Shown here piece by piece: positions 1 to 13,182 of a stretch of 64,000 nt of DNA. Origin of the DNA: the human T2T-CHM13v2.0 reference genome, Homo sapiens. Within the stretch, counting starts at the first letter, position 1, and the number at the start of each line of letters is the position of its first letter. A program made the position numbers and the translations under genes. The stretch lies in the NCBI RefSeq assembly GCF_009914755.1, contig NC_060942.1. One strand, 5' to 3'. The notes below the pieces were generated by a model. It was given only the letters and a program-made list of their open reading frames with translations. It did not search any database and was not told the DNA's origin.

Positions 1-2571
1 ACTGCCATATCACCACTTCATCAGAAGCTAGGCACTCCCCCAAATTTCTATGATTATCTGTGTGGGTAATGAATGTGTGGATGGAATTTAAAAATCACTA
101 CATAGTATTTAAAATCAATTTGTCTAGTGGGGACTAAGCCTAACCAGAGATAGAAAGTACACATCTCATCATTTCCTCTTCTTGTGTGCCACCATCCAGT
201 TTTTTTTGGTCCAGTCCCTTTTTCCCACAGAGCTTTGCCTTAGCCTCAGAATCCTTTCTGAACAATGCAGATATTAGAGCTGCCAAGACAAAAACAGTAT
301 TTGCCAACCCTCATACTACTTTTTCTACACTCACATTACCAAATATCTTTGGCATTTATGACAAATCTACCACAGGGAAGCTTCCTTGTATATAGGAACC
401 GCATACGATCTTAAAAAGCATGACATAATAGCCATTGAGAGGTTGCTCCCTTCTTACCTACTCTGATACAAGAATTCTGTCATTCCAGCCGTCTTCCAAA
501 TATGCCACCTGAAAACCTACTTGGAAAGAAGCCAGTTATAAATAAATAAATCACATCATTTATCTTAGAGCAGAGGAGTTTACAGCTTTATTGGACACTG
601 ACTTGTTTCCCCTCAGCCACAAAGAGAAAAAGACCCAAACAAAAGTCCCTACATTTTCTTGTATAACTTAAAATACATTATATCATTACTACATATTTAT
701 ACTTCAATAAATCTTAATCTATAAAGCACATTTTTTATAATTGTTATCAGAAAACCTATAAACAAGCTCCATTCTGCCTCACTTTTCCACCAGCTGGCCT
801 TGCATTTATTACTATGCTTTTTAATAGGCTCATGCAAAATCTCACCTTCCATTTTTAAACTTGATCCAAGCACCAGATATAACCAAAATCTCTGAACTAG
901 GAAATATTTGTATTCACATGGGTCATTTTCCACACAATGATGCCCATTATAAAAAAGCCTCCTCTCATATTCTATATTTTAACTTCCAGAGTTTTCCACT
1001 AAACAGTAGAACCACAGTACTTGGAATTCTCAGCCAAGGAGTATATAATCCTACTACTACAATGTATTACTTTAATACATTTTAAAAAATGTGTTAAGAC
1101 TGAAAATTAAAAAAAAATTCAATTGTGATAGGTTAATAAACTAGTTAATTGTCTAGTTGTTTATTTTTTAAATAGAACAGTCCATTCAACTTAATATGTA
1201 GGTACAACCTCAATGCTATTAGAGATTGATTAGTTCTTTAAAAAGATTCACAAACTTCCAAATTGTGGTAAGAGTATCGTGGACTCACCTCTGAACACTG
1301 GAGAGCCAGCTAGCTCTTTTGAGCCGAGTCCTCCTCCCCCTCCAAATACAACACCCTGGTAAAAAAAACTACAGTTCTGGGAACCTCACAGGTGACCTCC
1401 CCTGAGGAATGCTCAGACAAGGGGAAGAGGCTAACTCACATAAAACAGCAAACCCCTATGATTTACAGTGGAAGAAATACCTACCTACTTATGGTAGGAT
1501 TACAGTACCTAGCACAGTGCCTTGTCGGTAGAAAATGTTTAATAATAAATGCATGGCTGCTTTTTTAGCCTGACGTTCAACCCTTTTGTACCAAGGGAAT
1601 AAAAAATAGGTAACCTGATACTTGCCCACCTGTCAGGGAATTTTCTGTCCTTAACAAAGATGAAGGCAAAATAATGATGAACTCTATCATCTTTTTCTAA
1701 AAGCCATGACAGACCATTACCCTTATGTTTACATTTGCCTTCAACACTGCCATCCGCTACAAATTTTTCCCTAGTGTTATAATTTCTACCTTCATTATTT
1801 TACAACTGTTTATTATTTAGACTGTATGCTTTTTAATAATATATGGGAAAACATTATTTTCATTAGTAAGATGACTCCAAATTATAGAGAGGATGAGTAG
1901 CTTTTGAATTTTCCTGCAGGCAAAATATAAATTCTTGATACATTTCAATTCTTAGATCAAAGTATTTGCATATCTTCCCCAATCAAGGTGTTCCATTCAC
2001 TTTTTGATGTTTTATCACCATCACTTCTTATCTGAGATCTTATGGTTCATTTTGAGGCTCTTAGCCATCCTTTATCCTCTTATTTTCTCAAATGCATATT
2101 CAAATTAGGTAAAAGGAAATAAGGGTAAATTTTTAAAAGATGGTTTAAAATGGTTTTCAGACTTTGTAATTCCTGTTGCCTTTTAATATATAAGGGAATG
2201 TATCCATATAAAGAACATTTCAATGATCAATGCAGAAATAATGTATTTGTCTTAAAAAAGAAACTTTCAAGAAAGGGACAATGAATCAGGTAGTTCATTA
2301 TTTGGAGAAGTAATACAGACTATAAACATCACATGGAAAATTTAGGCATTAAGACCTGAATTAAGTTTAAAATTTCAGTTTCTAGGCAGGTATGACACCA
2401 TTTCTTTCAAGATAAATATCATAATGGTGAGTGAAGATTTTTACATTTCCCAGTGGATTTTCTGACAGTCAATAGGGAAAAAACTATTCTGCATCATTTC
2501 ATATTTTAAATTTTGTCTTCATTTCTGAAGAAAAAGACCTGAGTGCTGATTCTTTTTTTTTTTTCAATTTC
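1..2571 (-). other. ZNF24: ZNF24 long AT-rich 3' UTR, probably continuing beyond window start
   Basis: Follows the stop codon; repeat-poor and AT-rich; several AATAAA/ATTAAA on the minus strand (e.g. 587-592); true end not determinable here. Confidence 0.65.
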
Positions 2572-3135
<564 letters not shown>

Positions 3136-5169
3136 TCATTCATTATCTATTAAGGGAAAAAGAAACCTAAAAAAAATTTTTTTTTTAATGAACTAAAATA
3201 GCTAGCACACATCTATAAACCACTCTGACACTGGTGTTAAGGCCTATTCTCAAAAAAGAAAAAATGAAATTACTCTGAATAACAGTATAACATCATGATA
3301 TAAGGGATATCTGAATAAAACATAGGCAAGTGGTTTACAAATGGTAGTCAGAAAACAAAGGTCAGAAAGATGGTAGATTCTAAGATGGTTAGGGAGATAG
3401 TCAAAATGATGTGGCTAGGTATGGATGAAACTTTGTAAGAATAAAAATAAAATAAAATTGGCCACTAGGAAATCATTATAATGTTCTTTTACTTTGAGAA
3501 AGGGAGAAATTACATCAAAATACAAAGATGTAAATTAGAAAAACATGTCAGAAAGTGGCTATTTCTGAAATGAACAAGCCAAGTCAGGTCACAGCCAATG
3601 TTAGCCTAAAAGCAGAACACAGGAGTCTTGACAAGAAGGGGCTGAAGATAAGCTGGGGGCCTCCTGTGTTAACCAAAGACATGACATAAAAATTCAGTAT
3701 GCCCCTAATAAATGAAAGTTTTCCAATAAAAGCAGCTTCTCCCATGTGGTATTTGTCATGGTACTTAGAAAAATGGTTATTTCTAAGCCTCAGTGAAACG
3801 TGTCCAATGAAAGAAAAGCCTGAATTACCAACATGGGTTAGCATCACTCACACGCAGGCAGAGATAACAGCAAGTGTCATTTAAGACTTTTCTAAAACTT
3901 CATGCCTTAAGGAGTAAAGATCCAGTTCATATAGGGTTAGCAACTGCCTTCAGCGAAGAGGAAAACAGTAAATAATTAACAAAAAGATCAAGTCAGGAGA
4001 TAAGGCTAAGAGAGACAGACTGAAAGGTTAGAGGAGGATAGTGAGGCTTGGAGACTTGAAAAACAGAGGAGCGTGAAGATTAAGTGGAGACAAACGGCAC
4101 ACAGGAAACAGAAATTCCCAAGTGTGGAAGAGACTAGACAGCTGAAATAAGGAACGCAGGTGAAAAGTCACTCTAAAATTCAGATGATGAGAAGTTGAAA
4201 ATATCAGCCCCATATATCAAGAATGATACTTCTCAAACTTTATTGCACAGAAGAATGTCCCATGAAACATGTAAAACTGCAGATTTTCAGCAGACTTCAG
4301 CCCCACCCCAAAAGTTGACTGGCTGGCACTGTCCCCTCAGATGTGAAGAAAACCTGCTCAGACCTCATTCAGTGGCATACCAGCACCATCTCCAACTACT
4401 TCAAGGAATGATTACTAAAGCAGAGTCAAACAAAATTTCATTTTAGTTCACATAAACATGAGAAAGCAATCTAGCAGTTTTAGGAATATACTGGGCCATA
4501 TCAAAGGATACACATAAGTATATGGTGTTAATGGCTAATATATTGGGAAAGACTGGTCTCGTGAATTAATACAACTTTGAGCTTTTAAAAAAGCTTTTTC
4601 TGCATTTAAAGCATGTTATAGCTAAGGAGGCTTTTTTTGCATAAATACTTAGAAAAAGGAAAAAAATTACTCCAAATATTTCTACAAAAGAAGCTTCTTA
4701 GAAGAAAATGACTCTAGGTAGACGTTGAAGGAAATCAGAAATAAATATTTAGAAAGATTTCAGTGATATACAACAAAGAGATTAGAAGAGGTTTTCAGGT
4801 AAGCTTACTGTACCAATGGAATTAGGCAGGAGATTGAAAGTAAAAGGATGTAAAACAGATGACAAGTAATACTGAATGCAAAATAGAGGGACTTGGTCCA
4901 TGGGTGGGTGCTGGCTCAAAGTAAGGCAAATGCTAGCCTGACATGGGCAACTCTTTTTAGGAAGGAGACTGAAAGGGAAGAAAAGGCTGAAGATGTTAAT
5001 GTCTAGGAATAAAAGGTCTGAGGCCAGCAAAATCAACTTAATCAGAAAAAAACTGAGATATTAGATTAAGAGTGATATGATCCCCCCACCAGTGAGAACA
5101 AGCAAAGTTCTGAACAAAAGGCCTATACTCTCTTTCACCCTCTAGCCCACACAGAGTTCTGGTCCTCAC

Positions 5170-5317
5170 CACAGTGCCTTAGGGAATGGAGCTCCCAGGA
5201 TGCCCACTTGAGCTGGTTCTCCACAGCATCAAGCTCAGAACTTGGTAATCCCTGAGCTTCTTCTTGAGATACCATGTCTTCTACTAGTACTTCCCGTTTT
5301 CGTCGACGGAGAGAAAC
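5170..5317 (-). CDS. ZNF24: ZNF24 exon 3 (linker)
   Basis: Acceptor CAG|GTT at 5318/5317, donor TG|GTGAG at 5170/5169; encodes VSLRRRKREVLVEDMVSQEE...ASWELHSLRHC; 148 nt. Confidence 0.95.
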
Positions 5318-5571
5318 CTGGAAACAGAAAGATTTGATTCAGAGAAGGAACTGTAATGAGAATCAGAACTAAAAACACGTAAGAGAAACCCCATGAAACA
5401 AATACTGCAGAAGCCTAGATGGCAAAGCGGCACAGATAACAAGGAGTGGTAGGGGAATGGGGGAAAAGGCATAAACATAATTCTAACTTAGTTGAGTGGA
5501 ATTAATTCAGCAGCTTTGCCTACTACCTATGCCAGTGCTTCTGACACAGGAAATGACACAAGCAGGCTCAC

Positions 5572-5991
5572 CGGTTGTCCAGGGTCATCAAGTTCACTCT
5601 CCAAATCCTCCAGCACTGTCACTGCCTCCTCTCCATTCTCTGGATGATGATCTCGAACCCAAGTCTGTAGCTCTTTGGGTAGGATGGCAACAAACTGCTC
5701 CAGCACTACCAGCTCCAAGATTTGTTCTTTTGTGTGCGTCTCTGGCCTGAGCCACAGACGGCAAAGTTCTCGGAGCTGGCTCACAGCCTCACGGGGCCCA
5801 GGTGAATCCTGGTATCCAAACTGCCTGAATCGCTGTCGGAAAATCTCTGGGTCTGGGAGATGGTTCCAGGGGATACTTGATCCCTCTTCGCCATCAGGAT
5901 CCTCCTCCAACTTCACTCTCAGAATTTTTTCCTCTTCATCTGGAGTTGGGATGATAAGTATTGAATCTTCTTCCACTGACTGTGCAGACAT
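5572..5991 (-). CDS. ZNF24: ZNF24 coding part of exon 2 (start codon, SCAN domain)
   Basis: [13 protein letters not shown]...[50 protein letters not shown]...DDPGQP; donor CCG|GTGAG at 5572/5571; exon acceptor AG at 6076-6075 (exon 5572-6074); 420 nt, phase 0. Confidence 0.97.
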
Positions 5992-7076
5992 TCTGATTTA
6001 TAATATTTCAAGAAAAGACAACTGAGGCAGAATATAAGCCTCAGGGCAATACCCCGTTTTCTTCACAGGCACTCCTGAGGCATAAGAAATAAAAGATATA
6101 TAAATAAGCAAAAATATCCTAAGAATTTGAACTTATACTGGTAAAAGTAAAAGATACTTGTTCTTTGAGTTAAAAATTCCAATCAATAACCTACACCAGG
6201 AATTGGCAAACTACAGCTTCACGGCCAAATCTAGCCTGCCACCCATTTCTGTACAACACTTGCACCAACAATAATTTTCACATTTTTAAATGGCTGTGGT
6301 CTTCATCACAGTGCCTTACAGAGCGGAGATCCCTAAAATCAAATGAATACCTAATGATATTTAGGGAATGGAGCTCCCCAAAATCAAATGAATACCTCAT
6401 GACACGTGAAAATGATATGAAATTAACATGACTGTGTCCATAAATAATTGTACTTACTCATACTTCACGCTACAATAGCAGAGTTGAGTAGTTTCAACAG
6501 ACTAGATGGCCTAAAAAAACCCAACACAGTCATGCACTACAAAATGATGTTTGGGTCAATGAAGGACCACATAGATGACAGTGCTCCCATAAGATTATAA
6601 TGGAGCTGAAAAATTCAAGATTCACCTAGTGACACTGTAGCTGTTGTAAGGTCAATACATTACTCACATGTTTGTGGTGATGCTGGTGTAAACAAACCTG
6701 CTGTGTTGCCAGTTTAACACATACAGTTATGTATGGTACATAAAACTTGATAACAATAATAAACGACTATGTTACTGGTTTATGTATTTACTATACTTTT
6801 TATACTATATTATTTTAGAGTGTGCTCCTTCTACTTACTAAATAAAAAAGTTAACTGCAAAATGGCCTCAGGCAGGTCCTTCAGGAGGTATTACAGAAGG
6901 CACTGTTATTATGGAGATGACAGCTCCATGTATGTTACTGCTCCTGAAAACCTTCCAGTGGGACAAGATATGGAGGTAGAAGGCAATGATACTGATAATC
7001 CAGACCCTGTGTAAGCCTAAGCTAATGTGTTTATCTTAGCTTTTAACAAAAACAGTTCCAAAAGAAAAAAAAAATT

Positions 7077-7232
7077 GGCCAGGTGCAATGGTTCACACCT
7101 GTAATCCCAGCACTATAGGAGGCTGAGGCAGGAGGATCACTAAAGACCAGGAGTTCAAGGCTCCACTGAGCTATGATCACACCACTGCATTCCAGCCTGG
7201 GCAACAGAGTATGACCCTGTCTCTAAAAAATG
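7077..7232 (+). mobile_element. Alu monomer (FAM/FRAM-like)
   Basis: Single Alu arm with A tail. Confidence 0.8.
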
Positions 7233-7254
7233 AATTTAAAAATAGCAAAAAGCT

Positions 7255-7556
<302 letters not shown>

Positions 7557-9099
7557 TTACAGAATAAGGATATAAATATATTTGTACAGCTGTACAATGT
7601 GTTTGTATTTTAAGTGAAGTGTTATCACAAAAGAGTAAAAAAGTTAAAAAAAAATGTAAAAGTTTGTAAGTGAAAAAGTTCCAGTAAGCTAAGGTTAATT
7701 ATTGAAGAAAAATGTTTTCTTAATAAATTTAGTGTAGCCTAAGTGTTCAGTGTTTATATGGTCTATAGGAATGTACAGTAATGTCCCAGGCCTCCAAATT
7801 CACCACTCACTCACTGACTTCTTAGAGCAACTTCCAATCCAGCGAGGTCCATTCATGGTAAGTGCCCTGTACAGGCATATCTTTTTTTTTTTTCAAACAT
7901 TTTATATCATATTTTACTCTTATCTTTTCTATGTTTTGATACACAAATAGTTAGCATTGTGTTACAATTCTCTACAGTATTCAGTACAGCAACATGCCGT
8001 ACCGGTTTGTAGCCTAGGCGCAATAGGCTATACCAGATAGCCTAAGTGTGTAGTAGGCTACGCCATTTAGGTTTGTGCAAGTACATTCTATGACGTTCAC
8101 ACAAGGATGAAATAGCCTAACACATTTCTCAGACCATAGCACTATCGTTGAGTTATGCATGACCTTATTTACTATATGGCCGCTTACAGAAAAAGTTTGC
8201 CAATCATGACCTACTAAGACGACAAACCCTATGTCAATAATCAAAAGAATCCAAGTAAGAACCAGACTACTTCAGTGCTTTCTAAATGTGCCTGACCCTG
8301 GAACGCATTATTTCCAATTCAGGATTGGTGTTTCCTGACACACACAAGTCAACTCAAAAGGAAGGTTCGCTTTATTATTATGTGCTTAAAAAAATTTTCT
8401 TTACCATTTAAAAAATATTTTTAAGGTGTTTAAGAACTCCTTGGACTTATATGTGAAAAAATGTTCACTTGCTGAGTAGCAGATCACATAATATTGAAAA
8501 GATCATATGTGAAAAACATCACATAATTTTGAAAAATTATCTTGCACATAATACGTAAATATTCAGTCTTCCACCACACCATACGTACATTTATATTTAT
8601 AATGATAGGCATTAATCACAGAAACTTCTATTAAGAAAAGGCACTCGCATAAGCACCTTGACTTCCTGCAGTGGTCCAGTGTCTTGTCCTTACACTGGAG
8701 GACTCACAGTTTCCCCAGCTTCTACCTTCAGGGAAACTGTATACTGCTTCTGGACCTTTATTATTTGCACGATCATGCCCGTGCTGTTGTTTACGACACA
8801 TACTAGCAATGAGCCATTCAGCCTATTTATTTATTCAGGGCCCAAAATCTGAACAATAACAACTTAAAAAAACTTATTGTAACCCAAGCAAGATGAAGAC
8901 TAGAATCAGAAAAGGCCTTATCAGACAAGTAATACATACTGGTTTAATTAAATACCCTGGAGTGTGGTGGCCTTATACATAAGGTCTAGCCAACATTCAT
9001 TCGTTCCTATTCCAAGACCCTGCTTATCAACGGTGCAAGTATTTCTACATAATTTTCTCTTCCTTTTATGCTGTAGAGCATACCGCTTGTGGGAAATGG

Positions 9100-9965
9100 A
9101 GGGAAGGCCCACGGTCCCGACAATGTTTGGGCAGGGTACCTCGTCCCAGGTGGATCGCCCACCTTACTGCTGCATAGACCTGCTGTGTATCCCGGCCCCA
9201 GCCCCGGCCCCGGCCCGACGTCCTCTAGCCCCTCTTCCCAGCACTCAGGACCGCGGATTTCAGATGACCAAAGGCCACCCTGTGACAACAGCGTCGGAAC
9301 CACGGCACTTCCGCCTGCGGCCGGTGAGACTACAAATCCCAGAAGCCCCGCGCAAGTCTCGTCCCACTACCACCCCCTCCCATCACGACTCCCAGAACCC
9401 TCCGCGAGACGCCAGGGCCTCGAAATAGAACAAAACCGGCCGGTGGGGGAGGGGGAAGGTGAGGGTCTCGGAGGACACAGGGGGTTAGAGAGCTCTCTGC
9501 AAATGCCGAAGACCCAAGCAGGCCTGCCGCCTACCCCTCCCCGCCCCACAACTGCTAGGCGCGGAGACCGCGGCCTGTTCCCCGCGCCTCCCGGGAAGCT
9601 GAGGAAGGTCCCGGACAGGCTTCCCCGCCGGCTCCTGCTAAGAGGTCCGCAGACCCTAGCCCGGTGTCCCCCCTCCCTCTCATAACGTTCCCCGCACACC
9701 GGCGCAAACCTCCGGCTCAGGAACCGCAGCAGCTTCGCTGTCCACGGCAGACGCAGAAACGCCGTTCACAAGCCTTTTCCCAGAAACCCCCGGCGCGGGC
9801 TGCTTCCGGTCTGCGGGCCTGAGGAGGCGGGGAGAGGTAAAGCCCACGTTGCCATGGAGAAGCGCCCCGGGCGGGGGAGGGGCGGCCCCACGACAATGAC
9901 CGCATTGAGGCTGCGCTTGGCCTCGCGCCTCTCCTCGAACAGCCCAGCGTCCTCTGGACCGTTTA
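9100..9965 (-). promoter_or_regulatory. ZNF24 CpG island / promoter
   Basis: High GC and CpG density; ETS core CTTCCGGT 9803-9810, RFX X-box-like GTTGCCATGGAGA 9848-9860, GC boxes near 9869-9885. Confidence 0.9.
9700..9790 (-). other. ZNF24: ZNF24 non-coding exon 1 (5' end approximate)
   Basis: Within CpG island; candidate donor CCG|GTGTGC at 9700/9699; lies just downstream of the ETS and X-box motifs. Confidence 0.65.
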
Positions 9966-10079
9966 AAAGAAAACATAAAGAGGACTCTACCATTAAGATA
10001 GTCCTTACAATTTCGCAAGCCCTTTCACGTGCATTATCTTGTGGATCCTCTCAGTAATCCCCTGCAAGAAGGAATGAAA

Positions 10080-10310
10080 GTGAGTGTTTGTGAAAGCTTA
10101 CTACATTGTGCCAGGCGCTCTCGTCGTGCTTTACATGTCATTTTTTTTTCCACAAATAAATGATGTAGGAACTTTCATTATCCCCATTTCACAGCTGAGA
10201 TAGTTGAGGCACAAATACAGTAAATAACCTGACAAGAGCTCACAACTCATTTGTGGGTAGCAAGTTTTGAAACCAAGACGTGATTCAAATCTTTGGCTCC
10301 CACTAGTTAT
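10080..10310 (-). mobile_element. MIR
   Basis: Core ATTATCCCCATTTCACAGCTGAG...TGAGGCACA. Confidence 0.7.
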
Positions 10311-10449
10311 GTCATGGAGCTTTATTCCGACCTATTTATCTGTCAGGAAAACTAGATTAAGACAGGTTAAGAGTTTTGGCAGTGATGTCACGGTGAATTT
10401 GTAGAATGCATGGTCATCTTAAAGCTGGGCATTTTATACCATAAAACAA

Positions 10450-10885
10450 CTGCTGACGCGATCATTTAAAATTACAAATCAGACCACTTCACTCCCCTAT
10501 TTAAAGCCCTCCAATTTATGTCATAATAATTTATGACATAAAAACTCCTTATAATGGCCTGTAAGTCCCCTGTGGTCTGTTGCCTGCCCGCACCCCCAGA
10601 CCCTGGCGCCCCCAGTCACCTCAGCTCCTCGGCTCATTGTGGCCCAAGATCCTCAGCCTCACCACCTGCCTTTCATGGCGCATGACCCTTCATGGCACTG
10701 TTATTAATGGAAGTGATCTCATTTATTTACTTGTTTTATTTTTTGTTTTGTTTTGTCTTTAAGTCCCTTAAGGGCAGGGACCTTGTCTGTCTTGCTCACC
10801 ACAGTATCCCATCCTAGATCCTGGAAGCTGACTGCCTGGTAAATAGAGAACTCAATAAATATTTGTTGAATAAATAAATGAATTG
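10450..10885 (+). mobile_element. L2 3' end
   Basis: AGGGCAGGGACCTTGTCTGTCTTGCTCACC and terminal CTCAATAAATATTTGTTGAATAAATAAATGAAT. Confidence 0.8.
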
Positions 10886-11429
10886 TGGGATGGTTACATT
10901 GCTGCCTTTAGCTAGGTCACATGATTGGCATCAGACACCACACAAAGGAGCCCTGTTGTTTAAGGACTGGTCAAAAGTGTAGATCCAGCCTAACATAAGC
11001 ATTTCAAGATCCTCAGGCTTTGACTTTTTGCCTCATTGGAGAAAATGCCCTCTGAAAAGTGCCGTCAGGCTCCGCTGGATTCGTGCATGAGAGAGCAAGT
11101 GAGCGAGCAGCTGATGGTATACCACTGCTTTTCATTCCGACCAGAGCTCTTCTCACAACCCCTGCTAACACTTCTCTCCATTGCAGGAAGCTTCAGAAGT
11201 ACAGCCTTTTCACTCTGCTACTTGGATACGGCCCCTAAGCAACTTGGCTGCTCTTCCCAACCTTTCCCTCTTATCTGATTCGTAAAGGCTAGCTGAAGGC
11301 ATTTTTGTTTTAAGAGTTTTTACATCTAATTAATGTTGGAAAACAAAAATAATAAATCTGAAACCTAACCTTGAGGAAGTTAAAAATGTTGCAAAATTTT
11401 ACAAAACCCTTTTCCTGTGATTATATTGT

Positions 11430-11885
11430 TTGTTTTGTTTTTGAGACAGGGTCTTGCTCTGTCACCCAGGCTGTAGGGCAATGGTGCAGTCTTGGCTCAC
11501 TGCAGCTTCAACCTCCCAGACTCAGTGATCCTCCCGCCTCAGCCTCCTAACTGGGCATTTTATACCATAAAACAGCTGTTGATGCAATCATTTAAAATTA
11601 CAAATCAAACCACTTCATTCTCCTATTTAAAGGCCTCCATTTTATGCTGTAATAATTTATCTTGAAATGCTTATGGAAGGCTGGACTTACACTTTTGATA
11701 AGTCCTTAAACAACAGGTGTGCTCCACCATGCCCAGCTAATTTGTTTGTTTGTTTGTTTGTTTTTCAGAGATGAGTTCTTCCTATGTTTCCCAGGCTGCT
11801 CTCCAACTCCTGGGCACAAGTGACCCTCCTGCCTTGGCCTCCTAAATTGCTAGGATTGCAGGCATGAGCCACCGTGCCTGGCCTC
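11430..11885 (-). mobile_element. AluJ interrupted by a 167-bp templated insertion (11551-11717)
   Basis: Alu sequence stops at CTGGG and resumes at ACAGG. Confidence 0.85.
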
Positions 11886-13077
11886 CATTCTATTATTCTT
11901 AATTATTTGTAAACTACTAAATGGAAACCACAGTAAGGTTTTCCTCACTAAGTTACTCCTTTGAGGGCAGGGGCTACTAACACCCGCTTTGAAACACCAT
12001 CCTTCTGAGGTCCTCTGGGATTTTTTCCTGAATGGTGGCCCTTGTTGCCATCTTAAAGATCTAGTCAAGATAAAACATGTTCCTCTGGACAACCTGAATG
12101 GAGGGAGCAGCTTCATACCCGGGCCTGACAACCTTGCACATATCCACATAGGCCACATAGGCAATGCCTGAACCACAGCTGATCTGAGTCTTGGCAGAAC
12201 ACCTTGGGATCTTCCCAGAAGATGAGTGCATGAGAGGCTTGTAAGCAGCTAGTGCAAGGCCATTTCCCACTCAGCTCTCTGTCTTCCAAAGAGACTATCA
12301 TGAGGCAGTTTCTATTGCTTCCTGGGTTCCAATGAGCCATTCTGCCTTACCCTCTTAGAGTACAGCTGCAGGTTATAACAAGGCTTAGCTGCAGCATGGC
12401 ATTAACCCCTCAGCAACAAGGTGTCCACAGTGTATGCTGTAGTCATCCAGCCCCTTCTGTTTTGGTGTCATCATTTTGGTATCTGAGACAAAAGCTCATG
12501 GAGAGCTGGCACTTGCTTTTGCTTTCAATGTCTGTGCAAATAATAATATGTCTAAATTCAAAAAGGGTTCATTTCTTTACCAGCCAAATCTTTCAACCTT
12601 GCCTTGATACCAAACATCTGATTCATTAATTAATGGTAAAACGAACAAAATGACCAGACAGATACTACCTGGGTACCAGAGATAATAGAGATGAATAAAA
12701 TGAAGTCATGATTCCGTCTCTGTTTTTCCCTTTAAAAGAGATGAGATCTCACTCTGTTGCCCAGGCTGGAGTGCAGTGGCATAATCACAGCTTGCTGCAG
12801 CCTGGAACTCCTGGTAGGGATCCTCCCGCCTCAGCCTTCTAAAACGCTAGGAGTACAGTTGTGAGCCACCATGTCCAGTTTGATTCCTTCTTTTAACATT
12901 ACCATCTTGTTAAGGAAATAAACAACAACAACAGAAAAAAACAAGTATTCACAAGGCAGTGTAGAAGTGCTACAGTAGAGAAAAGCAGAAGGCCTGTAAG
13001 GGCTCCTAAATGAGATAGTGTGCTAAGAGGGAAGGGAGGCACCCTGAAATGGAGGAAGCCAGCCAGAAAAGTTTTCA

Positions 13078-13182
<105 letters not shown>

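Noticed and set aside
8964-10057. Long overlapping ORFs (up to 198 aa) at the ZNF24 promoter
   Set aside because: Stop-poor GC-rich CpG island; Pro/Gly/Arg-rich with no domain
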